Source of the DNA: Candidatus Poribacteria bacterium
Lineage (GTDB): Bacteria > Poribacteria > WGA-4E > PCPOR2b
Direction of reading: 5' to 3'
DNA length: 64,000 bases
Assembly (NCBI GenBank): GCA_965218095.1
Contig: OZ244587.1
Coordinates: forward strand, 928,001-992,000
In this document: one piece after another, positions 39,646-50,486 of the stretch
Numbering within the stretch: the stretch's first letter is position 1
Layout of the letters: each line of letters begins with the position of its first letter
Translations under genes and position numbers: made by a program
The notes under the pieces: model-generated
The model's database searches: none
Told to the model about the DNA's origin: nothing
The model's input: the letters and a program-made list of their open reading frames with translations, nothing else

Positions 39646-39763
39646 TGTCACCTTGAGCGAAGCAAAGGGTCTCCGTTACCGTAACTGATGAGATTCTTCC
39701 CCCGCTACGTGGGTCTGGGGCTCTCGCGCAGCAGAGATGCGAGCAGTTGCGCTCAGAATGACA
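39646..39763. repeat. REP/MITE-like palindromic element with an internal insert
   Basis: TGTCACCTTGAGCGAAGC...AGATTCTTC...GCGCTCAGAATGACA ends, with extra internal hairpins. Confidence 0.65.
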
Positions 39764-39808
39764 GTTTATGATGCTTTTGAATTCAGAAGCGGTATAAGGA
39801 GACTAACG

Positions 39809-40303
39809 ATGGCATTTGATCCAATACTACAACGGCAAATCATGGGCCGCTTTGCGACAGGTGTCACGCTAGTGACCACGCGGGACGGTGAAAACATTTC
39901 GGGCATGACGGCGAACGCTATCATGTCTCTGTCGCTCGATCCACCGCTGATCGTCGTTTCGGTGGATTGCCAGAATAACATGCACGCGTGCCTGATAGAG
40001 GGCAAGTGTTTCGCGATAAATGTGCTGAAGCAAGATCAGGAAGAGATCTCTCGTCGGTTTGCAGCCCCTGGCCCAAAAGACTTTTCAGACTTGGAGTTGA
40101 CCGTGGCTGAGACCGGTGCGCCGATTCTGGTTGATGCGCTCGCATTTGTGGACTGTCGGCTTGTCGAGGTTGCCTCCGGTGGCGACCACGATATGTTCAT
40201 CGGTGAGCCTGTTGCGGGTGAGACGCACGACGGACAGCCGCTCATTTTCTATAGTGGACAGTACACTCAACTGCATCCACTGGCGATAGCAAAAAACCCT
40301 TAG
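39809..40303 (+). CDS. Flavin reductase-like protein
   Basis: MGRFATGVT...GMTAN...SLSLDPPL...GGDHDMFIGE. Confidence 0.93.
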   Translation: MAFDPILQRQIMGRFATGVTLVTTRDGENISGMTANAIMSLSLDPPLIVVSVDCQNNMHACLIEGKCFAINVLKQDQEEISRRFAAPGPKDFSDLELTVAETGAPILVDALAFVDCRLVEVASGGDHDMFIGEPVAGETHDGQPLIFYSGQYTQLHPLAIAKNP

Positions 40304-40399
40304 GTCGTGTAGAACTCACTGCTAATGGTGGCTTAGGGCCCGCTCCGCAAGGATTCTGCGAGGCGGAACTTGTTATTGCCCATTGAGAGGGAGAAAGCC

Positions 40400-41334
40400 G
40401 TGATAGATCGCTCGCAAGTTCGAGAAGCACTCACTGGCCCTGTTGCATCGGTCCATACCCCCTTTCAACGCGATGGCGAAATTGACGAAAAAGGGCTGAA
40501 GAATTTCATTAACCACGCCATTGACGCCGGAAGCGGGAGCATCATCTTGACCTATGGCGACAGCCTGTATTCGCTGTTGACCGATGAGGAAGTCGCCTCC
40601 ATCACCAAAGTTGTCGCACGACATGTGGCGGGTCGCGCCATGGTTATCGCGGCGGATAGACAGTGGTGGACCGGCAAAGAAGTAGAATTTGCCAAATATG
40701 CTAAAAGCGTCGGTGCAGATCTGCTCATGGTCTTGCCCCCCAACTGGGTGGCGTCCTGCACAGTGGAAACCTTCGTCGAACACTATGCCGCTGTCGCCGA
40801 ACACATCCCGGTGATGGTCGTGACCAACGTGTTTGCGCCTGCGCCAGACCTTGGCCTGGAGACGTTAAAAATCTTACGTGATGAAGTAGAGGGTGTCGTC
40901 GCCATCAAGGATGATATTTGTGGCGCGTTTGCCAGACGGATGGGGTTGCTGGTTTGCTGGTTTACGATCATTGGGGAGTGATTTCCGGGGGACTGAAGCA
41001 AAACCATTTGGACATCCTGCCCTATGGCTGCGATGGATATTTCTCCACCTTCATTCATTTCAGACCGGATATTACCCAACAATACTGGGGGGCAATTCAG
41101 GCGCAGGATTGGAAACGGGGCAAGGAGATTATCAAAAATTACGATATGCCTTATTTCGATTTCGTCGGTGGGTTGACGGGAGGAGGGGACGCTGGCATCC
41201 ATGGCACGCTTGAGTTATTCGGGATTGCCGGGCGGTGGCGCAGGAAGCCCTACCACACACTTGATGACGAGGAGATGGAGCGGTTGAAAGGTTTCTTCCA
41301 ATCCAAGGGCTTGTTTACAACATTAGTGACATAG
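40400..41334 (+). pseudogene. Dihydrodipicolinate synthase-family aldolase, frameshifted
   Basis: TPFQRDGEIDEKG...VAIKDD; the 8-bp duplication TTGCTGGT (40946-40961) splits it and removing one copy gives GLLVYDHW. Confidence 0.85.
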
Positions 41335-41436
41335 AGGGCAGGTTTTCTTGTCATCAAATACTTACACCTATGAGCATATGCGATCCATAGTATTCAGCTT
41401 CCGAAAACGAGATCTTCATTAGGGGATGGGAGATAA

Positions 41437-42180
41437 ATGGCAATGGCACCACCCGAATTTCAGTTTCTCGGCCTCCCCCATATCACCGCCATAATTCTAA
41501 CGATTATCATCCCCGTTGCACTTGCGGTGCTGGTGAGGAAAGCTGATTCACCAACAATAACACGTACGGTTTGCTACCTTTTAGGTGCGACATTACTCGC
41601 CGGCGAGGTCGGGCATTGGGGCTACCGGCTAGTCAGAGGGGGGTTCAGCTCGTTTGTGGAACAGTACCTGCCCCTCCACGTCTGTGGGCTTACGACATTC
41701 GCCATAGCGTTTGCGCTGTTTCGCCGAAGTCAAATCCTTTATGAAACCGCTTATTTCTGGGGGTTGGTCGGTACCCTCAACGCCATCCTTACCCCTCAAC
41801 TCGAGGTCGGCTTTCCTAAATACCGTTTCTTCCAATATTTTATTGCTCACAGTGGTCCCGTCATTGGTGTTTTGTTTGCCACCTTGGGGCTCAGAATGCG
41901 GCCAACTTTCAAGTCCCTATTCCGTTCATTCCTGATTATCAATGTCTACATGGTGTTCATCGCCGGCTTTAATCTGTTGCTGGGAACCAACTACATGTTT
42001 ATCTGTGAACCCCCTGATACGAACTCCCCGTTCTTTTTCGCGCCGTGGCCCTGGTATATACCAATTTTAGATGTTGTCGCTCTTGTGCTTTTCTTCGTTG
42101 TCTACTTGCCTTTTTTAGTCAGTGATTGGATCAGTTCTTCCCGCGGAAGGGAAGAAAAGGAGGGAATAATTGCGGATTGA
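41437..42180 (+). CDS. YwaF/TIGR02206-family integral membrane protein
   Basis: LPLHVC, A-ILTP, FIAH, NYMF, PWPWY. Confidence 0.85.
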   Translation: MAMAPPEFQFLGLPHITAIILTIIIPVALAVLVRKADSPTITRTVCYLLGATLLAGEVGHWGYRLVRGGFSSFVEQYLPLHVCGLTTFAIAFALFRRSQILYETAYFWGLVGTLNAILTPQLEVGFPKYRFFQYFIAHSGPVIGVLFATLGLRMRPTFKSLFRSFLIINVYMVFIAGFNLLLGTNYMFICEPPDTNSPFFFAPWPWYIPILDVVALVLFFVVYLPFLVSDWISSSRGREEKEGIIAD

Positions 42181-42228
42181 CATAAGTTCGTTGAGTTCAC
42201 ATAATCCGACGGATTGGAAGGAATATTG

Positions 42229-43548
42229 ATGATTAAAAACGATAAAAAGACAATCTTTGGTTGGTGCATGTATGACTGGGCGAATTCCGCCTACGCAACC
42301 ACCGTAATGGTAGCGATTTTGCCGATTTACTTCGCCGAAGCAATTGTGGGCAAAGAAGGTGTCCAAATCGGGAACACCGTTGTCAGTGCGGATGCCTTAT
42401 GGGGGTATCTCGTCAGTGCTGCGGCGCTTTTTGTGTTTCTATGTGCACCTATCCTCGGCGCCATATCCGACTTCTCTTCAGCCAAAAAGAAGTTTCTGAT
42501 GTCCTTTGCTTATACGGGCAGTCTGTTTGCAATGCTCCTCTATTTCTGTCAATCCGGAGATGTATGGAAGACCGCCGTTTTCTTCTTTATTTCACACGTT
42601 GGGTTTGTCGGGGCTAACGTCTTCTATGATGCGTTTCTACCCCAGATTGCCTCTGAAGATAGGATAGACTGGGTATCTAGCAAAGGTTTTTCGGTGGGGT
42701 ATATCGGTGGTGGGTTACAATTTGCCATTGCGCTCGGCTTGGTCGCTGGCCACCAAGCCATCGATCTGAGCGAGGCGCATGCTGCCCGGATTGGGATGAC
42801 CATGGCAGGGCTCTGGTGGGCGGGATTTACGCTATTTACGCTAAAAAACCTGGGAGAGGCGGAAGTTGTCGAAGATATGCCGGAAAAGTATAAGTCGAAA
42901 CCAAAGTTGGTTGCTTATACCGCAATTGGACTGACAAGAACATTCGCAACGATGAAAAAGGTCCGCCGCTTCAGGCACCTTTTGCTCTTTTTAATTGCTT
43001 TCATGATCTATAACGACGGCATCCAAACGGTCATCAAGATGGCAGCGATCTATGGAAAAGAAGAGTTAGAACTGTCTACGACGGTTTTACTGGTAACCTT
43101 GCTGATTGTCCAGTTTGTGGCTACCGGTGGCGCCTTGCTATTCGGCAAACTCGCCGGTAAAATCGGCACAAAACGTGCGGTGATGTTATCATTAGCTCTC
43201 TGGAGCGGTGTTGTTACCTATGCCTACTTTCTGCATACTGCCACTGAATATTTCATCATGGGGATTGTTGTCGGAATTGTTCTCGGCGGGTCACAAGCAC
43301 TTAGCCGTTCGCTTTACGGCTCTATGGTTCCGGAGGAAGCCAGCGCAGAGTTTTATGGATTTTATTCCGTGTTTAGCAAGTTTTCTGCGATCTGGGGACC
43401 TTTAGCTTTTGCTTTGATACGACAGATTACGGGCACGGCAAGATTATCTATCGTTTCATTGATGATTTTCTTTATCGTCGGGCTGATTTTACTTGGCTTC
43501 GTGGATGAGGAGAAAGCCAGGGAAGCCAAGCTTTCAGGCGCCTTCTAA
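42229..43548 (+). CDS. MFS transporter (Atg22/UMF1-like)
   Basis: WCMYDWANSAY, PILGAISD, YNDGIQT, GGSQALSRS. Confidence 0.92.
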   Translation: MIKNDKKTIFGWCMYDWANSAYATTVMVAILPIYFAEAIVGKEGVQIGNTVVSADALWGYLVSAAALFVFLCAPILGAISDFSSAKKKFLMSFAYTGSLFAMLLYFCQSGDVWKTAVFFFISHVGFVGANVFYDAFLPQIASEDRIDWVSSKGFSVGYIGGGLQFAIALGLVAGHQAIDLSEAHAARIGMTMAGLWWAGFTLFTLKNLGEAEVVEDMPEKYKSKPKLVAYTAIGLTRTFATMKKVRRFRHLLLFLIAFMIYNDGIQTVIKMAAIYGKEELELSTTVLLVTLLIVQFVATGGALLFGKLAGKIGTKRAVMLSLALWSGVVTYAYFLHTATEYFIMGIVVGIVLGGSQALSRSLYGSMVPEEASAEFYGFYSVFSKFSAIWGPLAFALIRQITGTARLSIVSLMIFFIVGLILLGFVDEEKAREAKLSGAF

Positions 43549-43578
43549 ATAGCTCCGTTCTCCTTTTCCGAAAATACT

Positions 43579-44124
43579 TCAGCGCCTATTATCTTCGCTC
43601 GCCTGTATACACTGTCCCCCCAAACTTACTGACACTCATTCGAGCAGCAACTTCACCCCCTCTGTCGAGCACCGTAACGTCTCCACCCAATTGACCAATT
43701 CCTAGTTGGACACCGTTACTTGTGTTTCTATCTTCTATGACAATTGCCCCACGATTACCGCGGCTCCTACCCAGGCTCGCTTACCCCCATGCCCCACTGA
43801 CTGTTACCCAATCCGCCTGAATCAGGGTACTTCCTCTGTTTTTCAGTCCGACCGCTATGCCAGTTTGCCCAATAGCAGCAACAGGCTTCCCATCATTACC
43901 AAGTACACCAGCACATCTCCAGCACCCGACGCATTGAGAACCGCCAGAGTTCTACCCGTTGCATCCACCACTTCCAGGCGGCTACGCTTCACTTCGTCAA
44001 ATTCGGCGGATTCTTTTTCATTTTGCGCTGTTGCATGATCATTGAGCATATTCGGCAACAACTGCCCCATGAATGCCAACAAACCACCTAACGCCATGTA
44101 TGCGAATTTCTGCTTAAATTTCAT
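43579..44124 (-). pseudogene. Decayed secreted hypothetical protein
   Basis: Signal peptide MKFKQKFAYMALGGLL...FDEVK..LEVVDATG; continues in a shifted frame with an internal stop through Gly-rich beta repeats (LGGDVTVLDRGG). Confidence 0.55.
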
Positions 44125-44136
44125 CGTTATTACCTT

Positions 44137-45051
44137 CTAACTATTCATTTTGGATCCCTTCACAATATGGGCTGCCTCGTAGACCTCCGGCCTTGCCTTA
44201 CGGGCGGTGCAGCAGGAGGAAGATCTCGCCTTTGAGAGCACCTCCCTGTTTACTTCCGTGACGATCATTCCTTCGTCTGGTAGGTGTTCATCAATAAGTT
44301 GCCCATTCGGATCGATTGCCAGGGACAGTCCGGGGAACCAGGCATTCCCGCTGTGGCCGGACTGATTCGCATAGAAGATATAAAGGGCATTATCGACCGC
44401 GCGAGCCGGCAGCAACTGCATCGCTAATTCCTTGTGAAACCGGGCTTGCTCCCCTTGATCTCCGTCGGATGTGATCTTCTCGGCGGCCCCACTGGCACCG
44501 ACGGGGATAAGGAAGAAATCGGCATCCTTTTGTGCTGCGACCCGGAAAATCTCAGGAAAGCGTAAGTCATAGCAAATCCCTACCCCAAACGTCCACCCCT
44601 GCGAAGTGACCACTGGAAATTCATTGCCGGGTGCAAACCATTGGCGTTCATTGGAGTTGGGCAGGTGAAGTTTTGAAAATGTTGTCAGGTAACCTTCCGG
44701 CCCGACGATCAGTGCGCTGTTGCGAAGACGGCCGTCGGCAGGCTCGATAGCGCCAACCACAAGGGTCATTCGTAGTTTGCGGCATAGAGATTCCAGAAAT
44801 AACACAGATTTCTCATATGCATCCACCGCAACTTTGCGTGCCTCTTCAAATGTTAGGTCCGATTTGTTCATCGAGCCGGTGATGCACTCTTCCGGGAAAA
44901 ATCCGAAACTCGCCCCTTTGGCGTACGCTTTGTATGACCATTCCTCCACGCGCGCCAGGTTCGCTGCCGGATTGCCCATTACGCTGTGCATCGCGACCGA
45001 TGCAACCCGGGTCGTATCGCTTCCCATCGTATTTTCCTCCTTCACAATCAT
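44137..45051 (-). CDS. Carbon-nitrogen hydrolase (nitrilase superfamily)
   Basis: Catalytic triad motifs FPE, KLHL, ICYD. Confidence 0.92.
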   Translation of the reverse strand: MIVKEENTMGSDTTRVASVAMHSVMGNPAANLARVEEWSYKAYAKGASFGFFPEECITGSMNKSDLTFEEARKVAVDAYEKSVLFLESLCRKLRMTLVVGAIEPADGRLRNSALIVGPEGYLTTFSKLHLPNSNERQWFAPGNEFPVVTSQGWTFGVGICYDLRFPEIFRVAAQKDADFFLIPVGASGAAEKITSDGDQGEQARFHKELAMQLLPARAVDNALYIFYANQSGHSGNAWFPGLSLAIDPNGQLIDEHLPDEGMIVTEVNREVLSKARSSSCCTARKARPEVYEAAHIVKGSKMNS

Positions 45052-45227
45052 CGCCTAACCAACGGATAAAACGACAGGTTCCTTTCTTTGTTCTTCGTAT
45101 CCTGGCGCTTTATAAGGACAGGACTATAGCAAAAACGTAAAAATTCCGCACCAGAAAAACGCATTCCTCCACCAGATACGTTTTGACAAACTATTGTGAG
45201 GACAATGCCTCTCCACCGCTTTTCTCG

Positions 45228-46619
45228 TCACTCGTTCTTTGCCCGCGCGGCGGCTTCTTTGCCGGCAATCCGACCATAAGCCAATCCGAGCCCCAGTCCG
45301 CCGGTATATCCACGGGTGTAGATGCCCCCGACATCAGCGCCCGCCGCATATAGCCCCTCAATCGGCGCACCGGTCGAATCGACGATCTCCGCTCTTGCAT
45401 TTACCTTCGCACCGCCGTAGGTAAACGTTGCGCCGGGCAACATGCGGATAGCGTAAAAGGGGGGCGTCGCGATTGGGTACAGTCCGCCTGACTTTGGCAC
45501 CACAAGTGACGATGTGTCCCCGGAAACACAAGCTGTATTGTATGCTTCCAGCGTCTCGAGCACCCGGTCATGGCGGACATTCCATCGCGACGCCATGGTA
45601 TCCGCCAGCGTCTCAAGCGTCATCGTTTCCAGCACCTCACCCCCGGCCTGACGAATGTGTTCGATTCGGCCGAGTTGCCGACCGGCACCGGGCCATGGAG
45701 TCGCATCTTTCCGGCGAATTGTCTCGTCGAAAATCAGAACCACGATTGCCTCCGGCTGGTGAATCGCCGCCTGCACAGTAACCTCATCCCCCAAAAACTC
45801 GTCGTCGAATCGCTCGCCGTTGAGATTGACGAAGATCGCGTACTCGCTGAAGTCTGGCTTGACGTGCACGAAATTGTGCAGGCCTGTCTCCGCCGGGGGC
45901 GCCGGGACCATGTGGCCGTAGAAACGACTGAATGGCCCGGCGGCAGCGGCGCCGACACCCAAGGCCGCTGTGAGTCCATCGCCGGTGCTGTACGGATTGC
46001 TGCGCACAATAACACGGTCGGCCCAGCGCCCGAAATAACGCGCACGCAGCTCAAGGCTGGCTTGAAATCCACCGGTAGCGAGGACTACGGCAGAAGCAGA
46101 GATTTCCAGAAACCCAGCCGGCCCCAGTGCAAACACGCCATTCACCTGCCCACGGGCATTCTGTCGCAGTTCGCTTAGGCGTGTGCGGGTAAGAATTGTA
46201 CCGCCTCCTTCGGTGATTCGCGCGGCCAGATGGTCCATCGCAGTGCGCGAATCCGGTGTGAGTTGGTAAACACGACGGGCGAACTTAAACGGCGGAAGGT
46301 TCGTCTTCTCCTCAGGCACCACGCCCTGGCGACCCAGCCAGTCAATACCTTCAAAAAAATTCTCAATTAGCGCCTGCCCCAGCGTCCGGTCGCCGCCGGG
46401 TTGCACACTGAGCCACGCATCCAGATTTTCGGCGCACCAGACACCCCCGCCAGAAGCCGCGGCTGAACCCCCAATTTCGGGAGCCTTCTCAAGGACGATC
46501 ACGCGGGCACCGGCTTCCTGCGCACTCAACGCGGCAGTGACTCCACCCATCCCTGATCCAGCGACAACAACATCTGCTGTTGTTCCTTTAACCTCATTCA
46601 ATTGCCCAGATCCAATCAC
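45228..46619 (-). CDS. FAD-dependent oxidoreductase (fumarate reductase/TcuA-like)
   Basis: VVAGSGMGG, LATGGF, TGDG, TFTYGG, GLYAAG. Confidence 0.9.
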   Translation of the reverse strand: MIGSGQLNEVKGTTADVVVAGSGMGGVTAALSAQEAGARVIVLEKAPEIGGSAAASGGGVWCAENLDAWLSVQPGGDRTLGQALIENFFEGIDWLGRQGVVPEEKTNLPPFKFARRVYQLTPDSRTAMDHLAARITEGGGTILTRTRLSELRQNARGQVNGVFALGPAGFLEISASAVVLATGGFQASLELRARYFGRWADRVIVRSNPYSTGDGLTAALGVGAAAAGPFSRFYGHMVPAPPAETGLHNFVHVKPDFSEYAIFVNLNGERFDDEFLGDEVTVQAAIHQPEAIVVLIFDETIRRKDATPWPGAGRQLGRIEHIRQAGGEVLETMTLETLADTMASRWNVRHDRVLETLEAYNTACVSGDTSSLVVPKSGGLYPIATPPFYAIRMLPGATFTYGGAKVNARAEIVDSTGAPIEGLYAAGADVGGIYTRGYTGGLGLGLAYGRIAGKEAAARAKNE

Positions 46620-46697
46620 TGTATCTTCCCTTTTCGTTTATGCAGAGGAACCAGATAAAACCCTTCACAACCACAAAAAACAGATACGCCCATGAGC

Positions 46698-48761
46698 TTA
46701 TAAGCCTATCAGTAGACTGCCCCCTTCATCCACATGAACGCGGACCCAGGGTTCGAGCCAGATGGTTGTATCCGGCTGCTCGATAACAGCAGGACCGGAG
46801 AAATCGACTCCCCAGGGGAGAAGCAAGCGATCGTAGATAGGACATTCAGCAAACCGATCTTCCACATAGACCGGTCTGGCACCTTTTTGGGCATTTTGCA
46901 AAGTAGTCTCCGGTCTGAGCAGGAAATCTCTCAGCGCCAAGTTCGGACGAACGCCAACCACGGACGTGCGGAGGTTCAGGAGGTGAATGGGGATACCCTC
47001 CAGAAGCGTTTCCAATCCGCCCAACGCCTCCTCGACTTGCCCGTATTGTCGGAGGTAGGCACGACGAAAGCTCTCCGCAATCAGATTGGGCGACACGGCG
47101 CCAGAGGGCAGCGGCGTGCGTATGACGTGCGTCTGCCCTTCATACGAAATCTCCGCTTCCCGCAGAATGCTGACCTGAGTGAGAGGAATCTGTGTTCGCC
47201 CAATCAACGCTTCTCCCTGTGCCAGATGTTCGGCAAAGCGTTCTTCTGCTTCGGTCGGGTCCAATTCAGAGAGGCGACGGTTGACCATTGTCACGAAGTC
47301 GTGCTGGAGGTCGGCAATGACACAGCCCCAAGCAGAGGCGATGCCAGGATAGTACGGGACCATCGCCTGGGGGACACCAAGCTCCCGAAGGAGGAAACTG
47401 ACCATCAATGGCCCACCGCCTCCAAAGGAGAAAAGGACAAAATCCCGCGGGTCGTGTCCGCGGTCAATAGAGATCCGCCGAATACTTCCGGCGATGTGGT
47501 TGTTGGCGACAGCGATGATTGCCAGCGCTGCTTCTTCCGTAGAAAGGCCAAGCGGTTTCCCAATTTTCTCCGTGATAACCGACCGAGCGCCATCGACATC
47601 GAACGAGAACCCTTTCGCCCTGGCGATGGGGTAATTCGGGTTGATTCGTCCCAAAATCAGGTTCGCATCGGTGACCGTTGGTTCGGTCCCACCCATTTTA
47701 TAGCAGACCGGGCCCGGTTCGGCGCCGGCGCTCTCCGGACCCACCTGGAGGATGCCCCCCTCATCAATGCAAGCGATACTGCCACCTCCTGCCCCGATGG
47801 TGTGAATATCGATCATCGAGACCATGATTGGAATGCCAAACTCCAGTTCTGTTCCGTTTGAAACCACCGGTTTCCCCTCCGTTACCAGCGACACATCCAG
47901 GCTTGTGCCCCCCATGTCGTAGCCAATCAGATTCTGAAAACCGCTCTCTGCGGCAATCTTGGTGGCAGCGATGACCCCAGCTGCTGGGCCCGATAGGATG
48001 GTATTCACTGAAAAGTCTCGGGCGGCGTCCACGGACATCATCCCGCCGTTGGACTGCATGATGAGGAGATCTCCGCTGTAACCACGTTCACCCAAGCGTT
48101 GTTGGAGCCTTGCTAGGTAGCGGCTGACTATTGGCTGAACATAGGCATTCACCACAGCAGTGCTCGTGCGTTCAAACTCGCGGAAAAGCGGGAGGATGTC
48201 CGCCGAGGCGACAATATAAAGGTGGGGCAGGCCTGATTCGAGGAGGGTTTTTGCCCTTTGCTCATTTGTGGGATTGATGTAGGCGTTCAGGAAGCTGATG
48301 ACAATTGCTTCAACGCCATCCGCAACAAGTGCTTCGGCAGCCGCAATGACTTCTGCTTCTGCCAGGGGAACGAGGATCTCTCCTTCTGCGGAGATCCGTT
48401 CGGAAACCTCTTTGCGCTGGTCCCGTGGAATCAAGGGTTCATAAGATCCACTCAGCCCATAGAGGTGAGGCCGATCCCGACGCCTGAGCTCCAGGATATC
48501 CCGAAAGCCACGCGTTGCAATCAGACCACAACGCACACCCTTTCGCTCCAGGAGGGCGTTGGTTGCCACGGTGGTGCCGTGAATCACCAGTTCGATATCC
48601 GCGTAGGAGACCTCAAGTGTGCCGAGGCCCACAATCAGACCGACCGATGGATCATCAGGTGTGCTAGAAACTTTCCCAATCTGTAGTTCTCGAAGGTTTT
48701 CATCCAGAACAACAATATCGGTGAATGTGCCACCAATATCCACACCAACGAGCTTTCCCAT
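46698..48761 (-). CDS. Hydantoinase/oxoprolinase A-type subunit
   Basis: DIGGTFTD, HGTTVATN, SGPAAG, DMGGTS, GAGGGS, PTVTDA. Confidence 0.93.
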   Translation of the reverse strand: MGKLVGVDIGGTFTDIVVLDENLRELQIGKVSSTPDDPSVGLIVGLGTLEVSYADIELVIHGTTVATNALLERKGVRCGLIATRGFRDILELRRRDRPHLYGLSGSYEPLIPRDQRKEVSERISAEGEILVPLAEAEVIAAAEALVADGVEAIVISFLNAYINPTNEQRAKTLLESGLPHLYIVASADILPLFREFERTSTAVVNAYVQPIVSRYLARLQQRLGERGYSGDLLIMQSNGGMMSVDAARDFSVNTILSGPAAGVIAATKIAAESGFQNLIGYDMGGTSLDVSLVTEGKPVVSNGTELEFGIPIMVSMIDIHTIGAGGGSIACIDEGGILQVGPESAGAEPGPVCYKMGGTEPTVTDANLILGRINPNYPIARAKGFSFDVDGARSVITEKIGKPLGLSTEEAALAIIAVANNHIAGSIRRISIDRGHDPRDFVLFSFGGGGPLMVSFLLRELGVPQAMVPYYPGIASAWGCVIADLQHDFVTMVNRRLSELDPTEAEERFAEHLAQGEALIGRTQIPLTQVSILREAEISYEGQTHVIRTPLPSGAVSPNLIAESFRRAYLRQYGQVEEALGGLETLLEGIPIHLLNLRTSVVGVRPNLALRDFLLRPETTLQNAQKGARPVYVEDRFAECPIYDRLLLPWGVDFSGPAVIEQPDTTIWLEPWVRVHVDEGGSLLIGL

Positions 48762-49047
48762 AAAATCGCCGCACGCCCCGATGAGGGATGCGGTCCTCCT
48801 TTCTTCCCACTGTGCCTGTTTCAGGCTGATCTTTTCATGTTTCCTTTGTGGTTTGGATACCGTATTAATGGTCAAGAGTATATGGCGGTAATCTCATTGA
48901 TTGCATCAGCCAAGCCCAGTTGACGAGTTCTTTCAGTAATAAGCCGGGAGTTGGCACCCTTGATGGAACGGTTATTTTACATAATACCCACTCCTATGCC
49001 TCAATGCAACATAAATTTACTTTGACTTTGTAAATAGCCACCAGTAG

Positions 49048-49167
49048 TACACTGTAAATTATGTTTTAACAGTAGGTCGAGATTCCAATCTTGACGCGAT
49101 TTCAGAGAGTCAATTTTGGGAAATTGACCTACAGTGAAATAACTATCATAATTTATTTTACAGTGTA
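49048..49167. mobile_element. ~120-bp MITE-like element enclosing a GTAG-type palindrome
   Basis: TACACTGTAAA (49048-58) / TTTACAGTGTA (49157-67); internal GTAGGTCGA...TTGACCTAC. Confidence 0.6.
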
Positions 49168-49312
49168 GTAGATCTGCCGATTCTCCTTTTTAATTTAGCC
49201 AAAGTCAGATTATGTTGTGTTTTTCAAAAATCCGCCAAATAAAAAGACAAAAAAATGCCCCAACCGACTCGAATCGATTAAGGAGGGAATTTTCAGGATT
49301 AAACTTTACGTT

Positions 49313-50362
49313 TCACGTAACCGCTTCCACCAACTCTCGCTCGCTGTAAAGCAGCGCACGGGCGAAAGTGTCTTCGCCGCGATAATCCGGATCGTTCCAC
49401 TGTCGTGGTGCACTGTAGTATGCCGTCACGAACTGGTCGTCCAACTTCACGGTGGATGGGTAGCCCAGGTCATTCTCGCCAAGGTCGTCGCAGATAATCA
49501 GCCGCCGCGTATCCCAGGTCTGCCCGTTATCTCTGCTGACCAGGGCTTGCACACCAAATGGTTCGTGTCGCACGCCGAAGAACATCACAACCCAGCCATT
49601 GGAAAGCAGCGTCAGATCGGCGGGATGCTCGCGGGCGTTGGTCACTGGCGCCGGCTCATCCCACGTCCAGCCGCCATCGAAGGAACGACATACCGCCAGT
49701 AGGGCACGTTGATCGCCCGAGCGCGTTGCTGCGAGGAGATCGCCATTTGGCAGCGGAAGCAGCGCCGTTTCGTTGTAACCGGCGGCAATCAAAGAGGGCT
49801 CACCCCACGTCCGCCCGTTGTCGTGCGAACGTAAAATATAAGCGTGATTGCCTGTCCCCCCAGTTTCTTCAATGTTACCCCCGTAAATCGGCAGGAGCAT
49901 TGCGCCGTCAGGCAGATTAACGATGTGACCGTAGGCGGAGTGCTTTTCCATTGGGGCGTAGTTGAGCGGTTGGGGTTCTTCCCACGTCACACCGCCGTCG
50001 TGTGACCATGTGACGCACATCTGCACGCGGCGTAGTTGCCGCGCCCAACTACCGTCTTCATCGTAAGATCCTTGGGCGTGGTAGGCAAGAACAACCGTTC
50101 CATCAGGCGCTTGACCGACAGCCGGATTGCGGTCGTCCACTTCGCTGTTTACAATGACAGTCGGCATACCCCATGTCACCCCACCGTCCGACGAGCGTAT
50201 CGCGTCCAGCCGTCCCGTGACGCCCACATGTCCCGCACCCGCACGCAGGACAGCAAGAATCTCTTCGCCGTGTGGATTGATAAGAACGGGGAAGTAGCCT
50301 TCATCGCGGCAGAGGTAAACTTCAGAAGCAGAGGAAAGTTGACGCAGATCAAGGGAATTCAT
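49313..50362 (-). CDS. BNR-repeat/sialidase-like beta-propeller protein
   Basis: Asp-box repeats SSDGGVTW, SHDGGVTW, SHDNGRTW, SFDGGWTW, SRDNGQTW; DLGYPS. Confidence 0.9.
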   Translation of the reverse strand: MNSLDLRQLSSASEVYLCRDEGYFPVLINPHGEEILAVLRAGAGHVGVTGRLDAIRSSDGGVTWGMPTVIVNSEVDDRNPAVGQAPDGTVVLAYHAQGSYDEDGSWARQLRRVQMCVTWSHDGGVTWEEPQPLNYAPMEKHSAYGHIVNLPDGAMLLPIYGGNIEETGGTGNHAYILRSHDNGRTWGEPSLIAAGYNETALLPLPNGDLLAATRSGDQRALLAVCRSFDGGWTWDEPAPVTNAREHPADLTLLSNGWVVMFFGVRHEPFGVQALVSRDNGQTWDTRRLIICDDLGENDLGYPSTVKLDDQFVTAYYSAPRQWNDPDYRGEDTFARALLYSERELVEAVT

Positions 50363-50486
50363 CAGTTAATCTCTCCTTATCTTATGGTGTATGGAATCGT
50401 CATATCGTTTACTTGAGTAAATCTGCCCACTCAACTACACGCCGCAGTTACTCCTTTCAGCAAATGTACTGTTATACCAGGCTGAA

